Source: Terriglobia bacterium (GTDB lineage Bacteria > Acidobacteriota > Terriglobia > 20CM-2-55-15). From it: a stretch of 64,000 nt of DNA. A program made the translations under genes and the position numbers. The notes under the pieces are model-generated. The model did no database searches. It was not told the origin of the DNA and worked only from the letters and a program-made list of their open reading frames with translations. Below, piece by piece: positions 1 through 9,722 of the stretch (positions are counted from its first letter, which is position 1; each line of letters opens with the position of its first letter). The DNA is taken from NCBI GenBank assembly GCA_965198225.1, contig CBDAOY010000006.1, forward strand, positions 928,001 through 992,000, given 5' to 3'.

Positions 1-160
1 CGCCTTTCAAACATTGCTCGGCCTCGGTACGGGAAGGCCTCCGACGATCTATCGCCGCATTCGAGGAGCCCGGGACGTCGCGAACCATGGGCGGTAGTCA
101 CAACATGTTGGGGTCTGCTGAACAAACCGTATAAGCAAGAGTCTGCTAGAAGGATTTCTA

Positions 161-643
161 TTGACGCAGTCTGCGGAGAATCTTTGGGAGTTTGGACCTG
201 AAATGGTGTCGATCGAACGCTGTCGAGCCGGACTCATCGGCACCGGACTTATCTGGTTTGCACTCTCGGTGGCGGCGCAGGGCGAAGAGAAGTTCACGGC
301 GCGACTCTCGGTCGCACCGGTCGAACCCAGCACCCAGGCCGGCATCACGGGAACAGGGACGGCTTCGGCGACTCTGGTCGGCACGAAGCTCTCGATCACG
401 GGAACATTCGAGGGCTTGCTGTCGCCCGCAACCGTGGCCCGCGTCCACCGGGGTCTGGCGACGGGTGTGCGCGGATCGGCGTTCTTCGATCTGGATGTCT
501 CCAGAGAAACGAGCGGGTCCATTATGGGCTCGGTTGATCTGACCGCAGAACAAATGGAGAGTCTTCGACAGGGAAGGGTCTACGTCCAGATTGACAGTGA
601 GAACGCGCCTGACGGTAACCTCTGGGGCTGGCTGCTGCGGTAG
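161..643 (+). CDS. CHRD domain-containing exported protein (start may be ATG 203)
   Basis: Signal-peptide-like segment, then FTARLS...TGTGTASATL...RVYVQIDSENAPDGNLWGWL, typical of CHRD; ends just before the AGGAGG RBS of the next gene. Confidence 0.8.
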   Translation: MTQSAENLWEFGPEMVSIERCRAGLIGTGLIWFALSVAAQGEEKFTARLSVAPVEPSTQAGITGTGTASATLVGTKLSITGTFEGLLSPATVARVHRGLATGVRGSAFFDLDVSRETSGSIMGSVDLTAEQMESLRQGRVYVQIDSENAPDGNLWGWLLR

Positions 644-652
644 GAGGACACG

Positions 653-2800
653 ATGCTCGGTTTCTTGATACGTTTTGCAGGGGCGCTGCTAGTGGTTGCC
701 GTCTCCGGCGCGACAATCGCTGCGGGACGACAGGCGCAGGTCGCTGGAGCGTATACAGCCGCGCAAGCTGCAGCCGGTCGTACCTCGTATCAGTTGAACT
801 GCGCCAGCTGCCATTTGACCGATCTCGGCGGCCTGAACGAAGCCCCGGAACTGGCGGGTCCCAATTTCATGAGCGCCTGGGGTCACCTGACCACAGGCGA
901 CCTCATCACCTACATGCAGGCGACGATGCCTCCCGGCAATGTTGGCATTCTGGGCGAACAGGCATACGTCAACATCGCGGCCTTCCTTCTCGAAGCGAAC
1001 GGCGCGCCGACGGGAACACAACCCCTGACACCGGAAGGTGAGGTGTTGATCAGTGCGCTCGCCACGAGCCAGGGTATAACGCCGCTCGACCTGCCAGGTG
1101 GCGAAGCGGCGCCGGTCGCAGGGCCGGAGACGCCTGAGGAGAGCGGACCGACGGGGTTGACCGTAACCGGCGAAGTACCCGACTATGCGCCGGTCACCAA
1201 TGACATGCTGCGCAACCCTGACGCGGCAGACTGGCTGATGATCCGGGGGAACTACCAGGCGTGGAACTACAGTGCGCTTGCTCAGGTGACGCGTGAAAAC
1301 GTCGGCGACCTGCGGCTCGCATGGGTCTGGGCCATGCACGAAGGACAATCGAACCAGCCTGCGCCGATTGTTCACGACGGGACGATATACCTGAACAACA
1401 CCGGCAACACTGTGCAGGCGCTCGAAGGCCAAACGGGTGAGCTCATCTGGGAGAACAGGCTCGGGGGACGCCAGGGGGGCGCGATGCGGGGCCTGGCAAT
1501 TCACGACGACAAGGTCATCGTCGCCACGACCGACGCGCGGCTCGTCGCGCTTGACGCGCGAAGCGGAGAAACCGTCTGGGAAACCGTCATCGGCGACAGG
1601 ACGCACGGGAGCTTCAGCAACTCCAGTGGCCCGATCGTCATCGACGGGACAGTGGTTCAGGGCCTGACGGGATGCGGCCGTTACAGGGAAGAGAAGTGCT
1701 TTATCAGCGCTTACGATGCCTCCGACGGGAGTCCGGTCTGGAAGTTCAACACCGTCGCCAGCGACGGCGAGCCCGGAGGAGATACCTGGGGTACTCTTCC
1801 GGATCTGTTCCGGGCCGGGGGAGAAACCTGGATCACTGGCAGCTACGATCCCGAACTCGAACTGACCTATTGGGGAGTGGCTCAGGCCAAACCCTGGATG
1901 GCCGCCAGCCGAGGCGCGACCGTCTACGACAAGGAGCTCTACACGAACGCGACCGTGGCGCTCGGCGCCGCCGACGGCAAGCTTGCCTGGTACTTCCAGC
2001 ATGCTCCCGGCGAATCGCTGGATCTGGACGAGGTCTTCGAGCGCGTTCTTGTGGATGTCGACGGCCAGAAGTTAGCTTTCACGGTAGGCAAGCCCGGCAT
2101 CCTCTGGAAGCTCGATCGAGAGACGGGAAAGTATCTCGGTCACAAGGAAACCGTCTTCCAGAACGTTTATGACCGGATCGATCCGGAGACAGGCCAGCCC
2201 CAATACCGGATCGACATCGTGGAGCACGAGACGAATCAGTGGATACAAGGGTGTCCCAGCACGGAGGGCGGCCACAACTGGCAGGCGATGAGCTACCACC
2301 CCGGCGCCGGCCAGCTCATCATTCCGCTCAGCCAGAGCTGCCTCGAGATCCGCGGGCGCGTGGTCGAGTTCGAAGTCGGCTCGGGTGGTTCGGCGGCGGA
2401 CCGCCGCTGGTATGAAATGCCGGGAACCGACGGGAACCTCGGCAAGCTTGCGGCCTACGACGTTCGCACTCTGGAAGAGAAGTGGTCCGTCCAACAGCGG
2501 GCGCCGTTTCTGACCGCCGTGCTTTCCACAGCCGGCGGGATCGCTTTCGTGGGAGACGTCGACCGCCAGTTCCGTGCGTATGACGTGGATACAGGCGCCG
2601 TACTCTGGCAGACCCGGCTCGGCACCTCGGTCCAGGGGTTCCCGCTGACGTTCAGCATCGACGGGAAGCAGTACATCGCCGTGACGACCGGACTGGGCGG
2701 TGGCAGTCCGCGGCGCGTCCCGCGATTGATCGCCCGCGAAATCCGTCATCCCGCGACCGGCAACGCGCTGTACGTGTTTGCGCTGCCCGATGGGCAGTAA
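653..2800 (+). CDS. PQQ-dependent dehydrogenase (beta-propeller) with N-terminal cytochrome c domain
   Basis: Signal peptide; CASCH heme motif; repeated PQQ Trp-docking motifs (GELIWE, GETVWE, GSPVWKF, GAVLWQ); [10 protein letters not shown]; GKQYIAV; RBS AGGAGG. Confidence 0.9.
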   Translation: MLGFLIRFAGALLVVAVSGATIAAGRQAQVAGAYTAAQAAAGRTSYQLNCASCHLTDLGGLNEAPELAGPNFMSAWGHLTTGDLITYMQATMPPGNVGILGEQAYVNIAAFLLEANGAPTGTQPLTPEGEVLISALATSQGITPLDLPGGEAAPVAGPETPEESGPTGLTVTGEVPDYAPVTNDMLRNPDAADWLMIRGNYQAWNYSALAQVTRENVGDLRLAWVWAMHEGQSNQPAPIVHDGTIYLNNTGNTVQALEGQTGELIWENRLGGRQGGAMRGLAIHDDKVIVATTDARLVALDARSGETVWETVIGDRTHGSFSNSSGPIVIDGTVVQGLTGCGRYREEKCFISAYDASDGSPVWKFNTVASDGEPGGDTWGTLPDLFRAGGETWITGSYDPELELTYWGVAQAKPWMAASRGATVYDKELYTNATVALGAADGKLAWYFQHAPGESLDLDEVFERVLVDVDGQKLAFTVGKPGILWKLDRETGKYLGHKETVFQNVYDRIDPETGQPQYRIDIVEHETNQWIQGCPSTEGGHNWQAMSYHPGAGQLIIPLSQSCLEIRGRVVEFEVGSGGSAADRRWYEMPGTDGNLGKLAAYDVRTLEEKWSVQQRAPFLTAVLSTAGGIAFVGDVDRQFRAYDVDTGAVLWQTRLGTSVQGFPLTFSIDGKQYIAVTTGLGGGSPRRVPRLIAREIRHPATGNALYVFALPDGQ

Positions 2801-2913
2801 GTGAGAATCCGTGCGAAACAGGCGTGTCTTACGAACTGCTTTTTCGGAACACTGACCGGATTTCGCCTGGCCCGCCTGAACTCTCAACGGACATGCTGTG
2901 GCGCAAGTTCCAA

Positions 2914-2943
2914 CTGGTCACTGTCCACTGACCACTGACCACT
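2914..2943. repeat. Heptamer tandem repeat (CTGACCA-like) downstream of ankyrin gene
   Basis: ctggtca ctgtcca ctgacca ctgacca. Confidence 0.6.
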
Positions 2944-2952
2944 TCTTCAGAC

Positions 2953-4701
2953 TCAGGGTTCGGGTTCCGTTTCCAGGGTCTTGACCACGCACGTGGATGC
3001 GCGGCAGTGATTTGAGTTTTCCGAGCCCAGAGCCTCGAGAAACTCGACGGTCTCGGGGTACTGCATGTTGTGGGCTTTCGGACCGTTCGCCATGTCGGCA
3101 ACCGTGTCCCCGGTATTCCCTTCAACTTCCTGATCCGCACGACCGGCGCCGCCAAAAACCTGGGTTGCTCTGGCCCTGACATCCGCGCCTACGGAGATAA
3201 GGTACAGGATCAGATCCCGTTCGACGGTGAGAGCAGCCCCGTGCAGTGGCGTGTAGCCCTGGTTGTCCCCCAACTTGACGTCCGCGCCGACTTCTTCCAC
3301 GAGGTACTTCACGGCGGCCAGTCGCTGGTTCGGAGCGAAATTGGTCACCTGCGGTTCGTAGCCCCAACCGGCGGCAGCCAGCAGCGGCGCCGCTTCTCGC
3401 TCGGTCGGGATCGTGGGATTTGCTCCCGCTCCGACCAGCAGTTTCATCGCAGGGACATCGTTCGCCTTCGCGGCGAGCCAGAAGGCAGTCGCGCCTTCCG
3501 GTCGGATCCAGTCGCCGTGGTTCGTCCTGTAGTGGGGCTTCTTTTCCAGTCTTTGGTCGGGATCGGCGCCGGCCTCCAGCAGTGCCTGAAGCAGGTCCAG
3601 GTAGTCGGTTCTCTCCTCTTCGACACTGGGGGCTGGATACCACGTACGCTCGGCCCACCGAGCGTCGATCGTCGCGTACAGCGGAGCGACTCCGTCCTTG
3701 TTCGCAAGATTGGGGTCGGCTCCCTCATCGAGGAGGAAACTGGCGACGTCGAGCCTTCCGTTGATGATGGCGGTGGTCAGGGGGCTCGCGCTATCTGAGG
3801 CTGCCACCACGTTCACATCGGCTCCCGCTGCTACCAATTCCTTGGCGACCTGTAGGCGGCCTTCGCGGGCCGCGAAATGGAGGGCGGCGAGCCCTCCTGA
3901 GGAAGCCTCTGGGCGGTCTTCCTTAACGGCAGCGTTGCCGTCTTCGTCCCGGTATCGGTCCCTCCACCGGATGACGTCGGACAGTTTGGTCAGGACATCG
4001 GGGTCGGCTCCCCCGGCGACGAGTTCCCGGACGACTTCGGAGCGACCCTGGGCCGCGGCAAACATCAGCGCCGTCTGCCCGTTCGTGGTGTCGGCCGCGT
4101 TCACCTCGGCGCCACTCTCGAGCAGAAGCCTGACGGCGTCCGTATTGCCTGAAGCCGCCGAATACATCAGCGGTGTGGTGCCGTTCGCGTCGGCGTCGTT
4201 CGCGCCCGTTCCGGCCTCGAGCAGGATCTCGATGAGGGCCGCATTGCCGTTCTTTGCCGCGAGCAACAGGGGTGTGAGGTCGCCGAGACGAGTCTTGGAG
4301 TCGAGGTTTGCGCCGGCGTCGATCAGCAGCCTTGCGATTTCCGCATCGTCCCGGTACGCCGCCCAGTGCAGCGCCGTGGTGCCGTCGCCCTGCGTTGCGT
4401 CGACGTCCACACTCTGCTCCAGCAGGGATCGAACGGCGTCGATGTCCCCGTGCATGGCCGCGTCGGCCAGGGGCGCGTCCGCAGCGGCGGATGCCAGTGC
4501 ACCGCTGACGCCGAACAGAATGGCGATGCACGATCCGACGATCAGGGAAGCGAAACTTGGGGCTCGAGTGTAGGTGCGCTCTATGAGCGCACGTTGTTTC
4601 GCTTCGCGGGATGTGCGGTCATAGACCGCACCTACACGGCGTGGGGGGACCGGACCAGCTGTCTTTCTCCCGGAACTTACGCAAAGCGATTGGTGGATCA
4701 A
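2953..4701 (-). CDS. Exported ankyrin-repeat protein (cassette copy A)
   Basis: Multiple G.T.LH.AA ankyrin repeats; hydrophobic signal segment; C-terminal CRASTC; start uncertain (TTG 4701 with GGAG upstream). Confidence 0.88.
   Translation of the reverse strand: MIHQSLCVSSGRKTAGPVPPRRVGAVYDRTSREAKQRALIERTYTRAPSFASLIVGSCIAILFGVSGALASAAADAPLADAAMHGDIDAVRSLLEQSVDVDATQGDGTTALHWAAYRDDAEIARLLIDAGANLDSKTRLGDLTPLLLAAKNGNAALIEILLEAGTGANDADANGTTPLMYSAASGNTDAVRLLLESGAEVNAADTTNGQTALMFAAAQGRSEVVRELVAGGADPDVLTKLSDVIRWRDRYRDEDGNAAVKEDRPEASSGGLAALHFAAREGRLQVAKELVAAGADVNVVAASDSASPLTTAIINGRLDVASFLLDEGADPNLANKDGVAPLYATIDARWAERTWYPAPSVEEERTDYLDLLQALLEAGADPDQRLEKKPHYRTNHGDWIRPEGATAFWLAAKANDVPAMKLLVGAGANPTIPTEREAAPLLAAAGWGYEPQVTNFAPNQRLAAVKYLVEEVGADVKLGDNQGYTPLHGAALTVERDLILYLISVGADVRARATQVFGGAGRADQEVEGNTGDTVADMANGPKAHNMQYPETVEFLEALGSENSNHCRASTCVVKTLETEPEP
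4568..4637. repeat. REPIN (two inverted GTAG-type REPs) inside the 5' end of ankyrin gene A
   Basis: GTGTAG-GTGCGCTCtatGAGCGCAC + 20-bp spacer + GTGCGGTCataGACCGCAC-CTACAC. Confidence 0.85.
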
Positions 4702-4721
4702 CGCTCCATCTCCGGTTGTGA

Positions 4722-4840
4722 GGGGGACGGTGGGCCCGACGCTAATGGATGGTTCCGGTCATAGACCGCACCTACACGCCGTGGGGGGACGTTGGGCCCG
4801 ACGCCAATTTGATGGTTCCGGTCATAGACCGCACCTACAC
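4722..4840. repeat. Tandem ~63-bp repeat, each unit carrying a partial REP
   Basis: Two units gggggacg(g/t)tgggcccgacgc..gatggttccggtcatagaccgcacctacac. Confidence 0.8.
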
Positions 4841-4872
4841 TTTTGACGAACATGTTTTGCTCTCTCAGAAGC

Positions 4873-6243
4873 TCAGATCGAGAAAGTTCCCGTGCTGTCG
4901 CCGAAAGTTTCGACATCCACTCCGAGGGAATGGAGTACCGACAGCAGAGCGTTGGCCTGCGGGGTGTCGTCTGCGGCCCGCACGTGCAGGTTACCCCGCA
5001 CCCGACCGGATGCGTGACCCGCCAGTAGCACCGGTACCCGCTTGTGTCCGTGGATGTTGCCGTCGCCCATCGGGCTGCCGTAAAGAACCAGGGAGTGGTC
5101 CAGCAGGTTGCCGTCTCCATCAGGGGTATTCCGCAACTTATCGAGGAAATATGTCAGAACACCCACGTGGTAGTGGTTGATCTTGGCGAAGTCTTCGATC
5201 ATTTCGGGCCGCTGCTGATGGTGCGACGCCGAGTGGAACGCTGTATCGCTGCCGCTGGTCGGGAAGGTCCTCGGGCTGACGTCGCGGCACATCTTCAGTG
5301 TGGAAACGCGGGTCACGTTCGCCGCGAAAGCCAGAACCTGCAGGTCGAACATGATCTTGACGTGCTCTTCCCAGGAATCGGGCACCCCCGCTGGAGCGTC
5401 TGGCAGTTCTCTCTGGGCGCCCGAGGCGTTGTATTCCTCGATCCTCTGGATGCGACGTTCAATCTCCCGAACGTTCTCCAGGTAGTCGTCCAACCGGTTG
5501 CGGTCCGCGGTTCCTATACCGGCCCGCAGCCGCGCGACGGAACTCGTGATCCGGTCGAGGATGCTGCGGTCGACCTCGCGCCTCGAAGCGCGCTCGTCGG
5601 GAGTACCGCCCGTGCCGAACAACTCTTCGAAAGCCAGGCGCGGGTCCTGGATCATCGGAAGCGGACTGGTCGGAGATGCCCAGCTGAGCGTATCCATGTA
5701 GACGCAACTGTAGTGATAGCCGCAGGCACCGGACGTGTCCTGGTTCTCGATGCTGAGCTGGATCGACGGCAGCGGCGTGTCCTGGCCGAAATTCTGGGCG
5801 TACAGCTGGTCGACGGACGTCCCGTTGTAGACGTCGGAACCTTCGGTCTGCTTGGGATGAGAGGCGGTCAAGAACACCGCGCTCGAACGGAAGTGGTCGG
5901 CACCGACTTCTTCTGCCGTCAGGGGATCCGCCTGGCCGCAGTCGGTGTGGCTGATGATCGTCGTGTAGTCGCGGAACGGTTCCATCGGTTCAAGGATCTG
6001 GGTGAACTCGAAATCGCGACCTTCGGTTCCGGGAGCCCAGAGGTTCTTCTCGGTGCCATACGTCGTGCTGCCCGAGTTGCCGTGGACGATCTCGACCCCG
6101 GCGAAGCGAGGGCGCGGCGTGGCCGCGGTCTGCTCGAGTGGGGTCTGGGCGGGGGCCATGGATTCCAGGAAGGGCAGTGCCACCGCCGCTCCCGTACCTT
6201 GGAGCATCGTTCTTCGTGAAATATGCTTCTTAGTGATGAACAT
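4873..6243 (-). CDS. DUF1552 domain protein (Tat-exported; cassette copy A)
   Basis: SRRTMLQG Tat-like motif, ALPFLESM, SVDQLYAQ, LDDYLENVREIERRI, DGNLLDHSLVLYGS; typical DUF1552. Confidence 0.85.
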   Translation of the reverse strand: MFITKKHISRRTMLQGTGAAVALPFLESMAPAQTPLEQTAATPRPRFAGVEIVHGNSGSTTYGTEKNLWAPGTEGRDFEFTQILEPMEPFRDYTTIISHTDCGQADPLTAEEVGADHFRSSAVFLTASHPKQTEGSDVYNGTSVDQLYAQNFGQDTPLPSIQLSIENQDTSGACGYHYSCVYMDTLSWASPTSPLPMIQDPRLAFEELFGTGGTPDERASRREVDRSILDRITSSVARLRAGIGTADRNRLDDYLENVREIERRIQRIEEYNASGAQRELPDAPAGVPDSWEEHVKIMFDLQVLAFAANVTRVSTLKMCRDVSPRTFPTSGSDTAFHSASHHQQRPEMIEDFAKINHYHVGVLTYFLDKLRNTPDGDGNLLDHSLVLYGSPMGDGNIHGHKRVPVLLAGHASGRVRGNLHVRAADDTPQANALLSVLHSLGVDVETFGDSTGTFSI

Positions 6244-6303
6244 AGATCCGCCTCTCCTTTTGGTCCAATAACCTCTGAAGCTCTATTGATTCGATACTTT
6301 ACC

Positions 6304-8718
6304 CTATTCGGGCGCCGCTTCCGAGCCTGAAGTCGGGCTTTCTTGGCGCATCTGGAACGGCGCACTCGTGACGATGTTCATGACAAACGCCGAAAAACGG
6401 TTGTCAGCGCCCTCCGAGGCGCGTGCGATCGAGCGCACCGTCGGCATATCCCGGTGGTCCAACACCCGGCCGACGGCATAGGCCAGCAGGTTCTGCGTGA
6501 AGCTCCCAAGAAAGGTCACTGAACGGTTGAGGAGCGCCTGGCTCAGGCTACGGGCCCCCTCAAGCTTCGTTCCGTCGTACATCTCGGAAACCGGATCGAT
6601 CGGAAAGCCTCCTTCCGTGACGCGCCGACGCCCGATCGCATCGAAGTTCTCGAGTGTCAGGCCGAGCGGATCCATGATCTGGTGGCAGGCGTTGCACGCC
6701 GGGTTTTGTCGATGCTCGATCATCCGATCCCGGACCGTCAGCACCGCCTCGTTGTTGACGCTCTCCTTGAACGGTGGCACGACCGGGGGAGGCAGCGGGG
6801 GAGGCGAGCCGACCAGGACTTCCAGAACGTACTTTCCGCGCGCCACCGGGGACGTCCGGTTCGACAGGGAGGTGACGGTCAGGACGGCACCCTTGCCCAG
6901 CAACCCGAACCGATCCGGGTCGTCGAGCGTTACACGACGAAACGCGGTCCCCACTATGTTCGGGATGTCGTAGTGGGTGGCGAGCGCGCCGTCGACGTGG
7001 GTGTAGTCTGCCGTGAGCAAGTCCAATACGTTTCGATCCTCGCGCACGATCGTGTCAAAGAGAAGCTCGACCTCACGCCTCATCGACCGCGCCAGGTTCT
7101 TCGTGAAGTTGGGAAACAGAGTGCCCTCGGGATGGGCTTCTTCGATGCCCGTCAGCCGAAGCCACTGCATGGCGAAGTTCGTCGCCAGTGTTTCCGAGCG
7201 GGGGTCCGCCAGCATCCGTTCCACCTGCTCCCGGAGGATTCCTTCTTCCCGAAGCCTGCCATCATTTGCGACGGCCATCAGCTCGTCGTCCGGTGCCGTG
7301 CTCCAGAGGAAGTAGGACAGTCGGGAAGCCAGCTCGAGGTCGGTGATGCGGTAGCTTTCGCCGGGCCCGATACCGCCGGGCGCGCTTTCGAACCGGAACA
7401 CGAATTCCGGCATGGCGATCAGCGTCTGTATGGCCGTCCGGATCCCTGTTTCGAAATCACCCTTCGAGCGGCCCAGCTCATACATCAGCAGCAACCCTTC
7501 AAGATCCTCGGGGGTGGTCGGTCTCCGGAACGCCTTGCCGGCCAGTTGCGTGATGATGTCCCTTGCGCAGGGTTCTTCTTCAGTCGGACCGGAGGGGTAG
7601 CACGAAAAGATCTTGCGGCGGCTGGGTGTCTCGGACATTCCGGTGACTTCGAGCGGTCCGGTGATGGTGAAAGTCCTCAAGTGAGGCGGTAGTGAAGTCC
7701 CGGAGTTCCGACCATAGTCGAGATCCACGAGCGTCTGCTCCGTGACCCGATACTGGTCCTCGCCGGGACCTTCGTACTTCGACACGAACGCAGCCGAGAC
7801 CCGTCGCGGCCCGGCTTTGATTTCGATCGGATCGGTCACCATGACGCCGTCACCGAGCTCGTTCATCAGTGGGTCAATGGTGAACACCGCGACACGCTCT
7901 CCGTCGATCGAGATCTCGAGTTCCTGATACTGCAACGATTCCGGGAGCTCCCGTCCGATGAGGTCCCCCGTGTCGACATACCAGAGTTGCATCCGGAAGG
8001 TGTAGGTGCCGTCGGCCGGGAAGTTGTGAATGACGGAGAGCCCCCCACGGGTCCCGAACGGCGTCCCCTCGACATGCCGCATCTGGTTGACGACCTTCGG
8101 CACGTCGTATTGCTTGATAGCGACGACTGCGTCGGGATCGCCGATGGCGAGGCGCGCGATCGCATCGGCCGCGCGGACGTAGGCCTGCATGAGTGCCGGC
8201 GTGACCGTCAGGGCTTCGGCCATGTTGTCGAAACCGCCCGTTCGGCCGTCGGGGGGGAGCAGGGAAGCAACCTCTACATCGATGCCCAGAAGGTCGTGGA
8301 TCGAGTTGCGGTATTCCTTGCGGTTGACGCGGTGGAGGTCGGGCGCGCTGACGTTGGGGCTGTCGGCCGCTGCCTGATCGATGCGGGTTTCCAGGGCCGC
8401 CGCCAGAGCCTGCAGCGCATCGTCATCCGGCCGGGACGCACCGGCGGGAGGCATCATGCCGGCCCGCAGTTTCCGGATGATTTCTTCAGCCTGCGCGGCG
8501 TTCCGCTCGGGGTGCGCCACATTCACTTCAGACCACGAGAAACCGCCCTCTCTCAGGCTGTCGTCGTGGCAGTAGGCACAGTAGTCGTTCACCAGCGCGC
8601 GTTGGGCACCCACCGCCGCCGGATCCTCGGCGCTCTCCTGGGCGTAGGCGTAGCCAGGTCCCAGGATCAGGGAGGCGAGGAGGATGATCAGGCTGCTGCG
8701 AACCGAGGTTGTTCTCAT
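6304..8718 (-). CDS. DUF1592/1587/1595/1588/1585 planctomycete-type cytochrome c protein (copy A)
   Basis: CAYCH and CNACH heme motifs, KLRAGMMPP, ELASRLSYFLWS, TSPVARGKYVL. Confidence 0.87.
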   Translation of the reverse strand: MRTTSVRSSLIILLASLILGPGYAYAQESAEDPAAVGAQRALVNDYCAYCHDDSLREGGFSWSEVNVAHPERNAAQAEEIIRKLRAGMMPPAGASRPDDDALQALAAALETRIDQAAADSPNVSAPDLHRVNRKEYRNSIHDLLGIDVEVASLLPPDGRTGGFDNMAEALTVTPALMQAYVRAADAIARLAIGDPDAVVAIKQYDVPKVVNQMRHVEGTPFGTRGGLSVIHNFPADGTYTFRMQLWYVDTGDLIGRELPESLQYQELEISIDGERVAVFTIDPLMNELGDGVMVTDPIEIKAGPRRVSAAFVSKYEGPGEDQYRVTEQTLVDLDYGRNSGTSLPPHLRTFTITGPLEVTGMSETPSRRKIFSCYPSGPTEEEPCARDIITQLAGKAFRRPTTPEDLEGLLLMYELGRSKGDFETGIRTAIQTLIAMPEFVFRFESAPGGIGPGESYRITDLELASRLSYFLWSTAPDDELMAVANDGRLREEGILREQVERMLADPRSETLATNFAMQWLRLTGIEEAHPEGTLFPNFTKNLARSMRREVELLFDTIVREDRNVLDLLTADYTHVDGALATHYDIPNIVGTAFRRVTLDDPDRFGLLGKGAVLTVTSLSNRTSPVARGKYVLEVLVGSPPPLPPPVVPPFKESVNNEAVLTVRDRMIEHRQNPACNACHQIMDPLGLTLENFDAIGRRRVTEGGFPIDPVSEMYDGTKLEGARSLSQALLNRSVTFLGSFTQNLLAYAVGRVLDHRDMPTVRSIARASEGADNRFSAFVMNIVTSAPFQMRQESPTSGSEAAPE

Positions 8719-8721
8719 CTT

Positions 8722-8868
8722 GTCAATTTTTGGTTTCGAATCTCCAATGGCTAATCTGCGCTGTGGGTTTTCAAATAGGCAACTTGTGCCGAAGCGTCAT
8801 TGCAGATTTGACTATCGAAAAATCCACATTTGAAATTCGAGACTGGAAATTCGAAATCTCGTATTTTT
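8722..8868. repeat. AT-rich degenerate heptamer array (GAAATTC/GAAATCT)
   Basis: ttgaaattcgagactggaaattcgaaatctcg, gaatctccaat; similar to 9650-9722. Confidence 0.5.
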
Positions 8869-8932
8869 TTGGCGATCTTCGAGGTCCGATTGTAAATCAC
8901 CTCTGGAAATAACGGAAATTGCGGCGAAAGGA

Positions 8933-9493
8933 TCAGGGAAGCAGAACGTCAATCTGGAGGCGGCATTCGGGTAACAGCTGCGGCGCGATGAAATCACCGC
9001 GGTGAAACTGACGGACGAGACGATAGGAATTGTCACCAAGATCGGAGTATGCGAACAGGCAATCGTTTTTGACATCCGCAACCCAGTACTCCGGGATTCC
9101 CGTTTCCGCGTAGAGACGCTTTTTCACGGTCCGATCGTATTCAAGTGAGGACTCGGCGATTTCGACGACCAGGAGGATGTCCGGCGGGCCCGGATGCGCG
9201 GAAGCATAAAAATCCTCTCTCGGCCGGAGCAACACGATGTCGGGCTGAGGTTCGTCATACTCATCCAGACGGACAGCGCCCTGCACACGCACGATCGCAC
9301 TGTCGCCCGTGATGTTCACGATGGCCCGGGTCGCACGATCCACCGCGGCACAATGGGGCGGCCCGATCGGGCTCATGGCGAGGATCTCCCCCCGGATGAG
9401 CTCCACGCGATCTTCTTTCGACAAGATGCCGGCCTCGCCCATGCGATGGTAATCGTGAACCGTGAAAAGCCTTCTTGTGAGTTCGACAGGCAT
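8933..9493 (-). CDS. Uma2/DUF820 family putative restriction endonuclease
   Basis: DRVELIRGEI..MSPIGPPH, EPQPDIVLL, LLVVEIA, K..LYA..GIPEYWV. Confidence 0.9.
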   Translation of the reverse strand: MPVELTRRLFTVHDYHRMGEAGILSKEDRVELIRGEILAMSPIGPPHCAAVDRATRAIVNITGDSAIVRVQGAVRLDEYDEPQPDIVLLRPREDFYASAHPGPPDILLVVEIAESSLEYDRTVKKRLYAETGIPEYWVADVKNDCLFAYSDLGDNSYRLVRQFHRGDFIAPQLLPECRLQIDVLLP

Positions 9494-9649
9494 AAACGCA
9501 CTGCCAGAATAGCGCAGATCCGTCGCCAAGGCTAAGTCACTGATTTGGTGTGACTCGTCGCAGGGAATGATCCCTTTTCCTGCGACAAGGCGACTGTTAA
9601 TCCGGAGGGGGTGCGATCTGCATCAAGGAAGGGGAGGGGTGGCCTGACA

Positions 9650-9722
9650 TTCGAAATTCGAAATCTCAAATCCCTTCGGACAATTTCAAATCTCGAATCT
9701 CCAATTGAACAATCTCCAATCT
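9650..9722. repeat. Heptamer tandem array (xAATCTC/GAAATTC)
   Basis: gaaattc gaaatct caaatcc ... caatttc aaatctc gaatctc caattgaa caatctc caatctt. Confidence 0.6.

Noticed and set aside
689-2002. Long antisense ORFs (also 5044..6219, 9705..11285, 18226..19488, 26565..28046)
   Set aside because: Shadow ORFs opposite well-supported genes in GC-rich DNA, with no motifs.
4722-4840. Mini-CRISPR
   Set aside because: Inter-repeat sequences are homologous to each other, so this is a tandem duplication.
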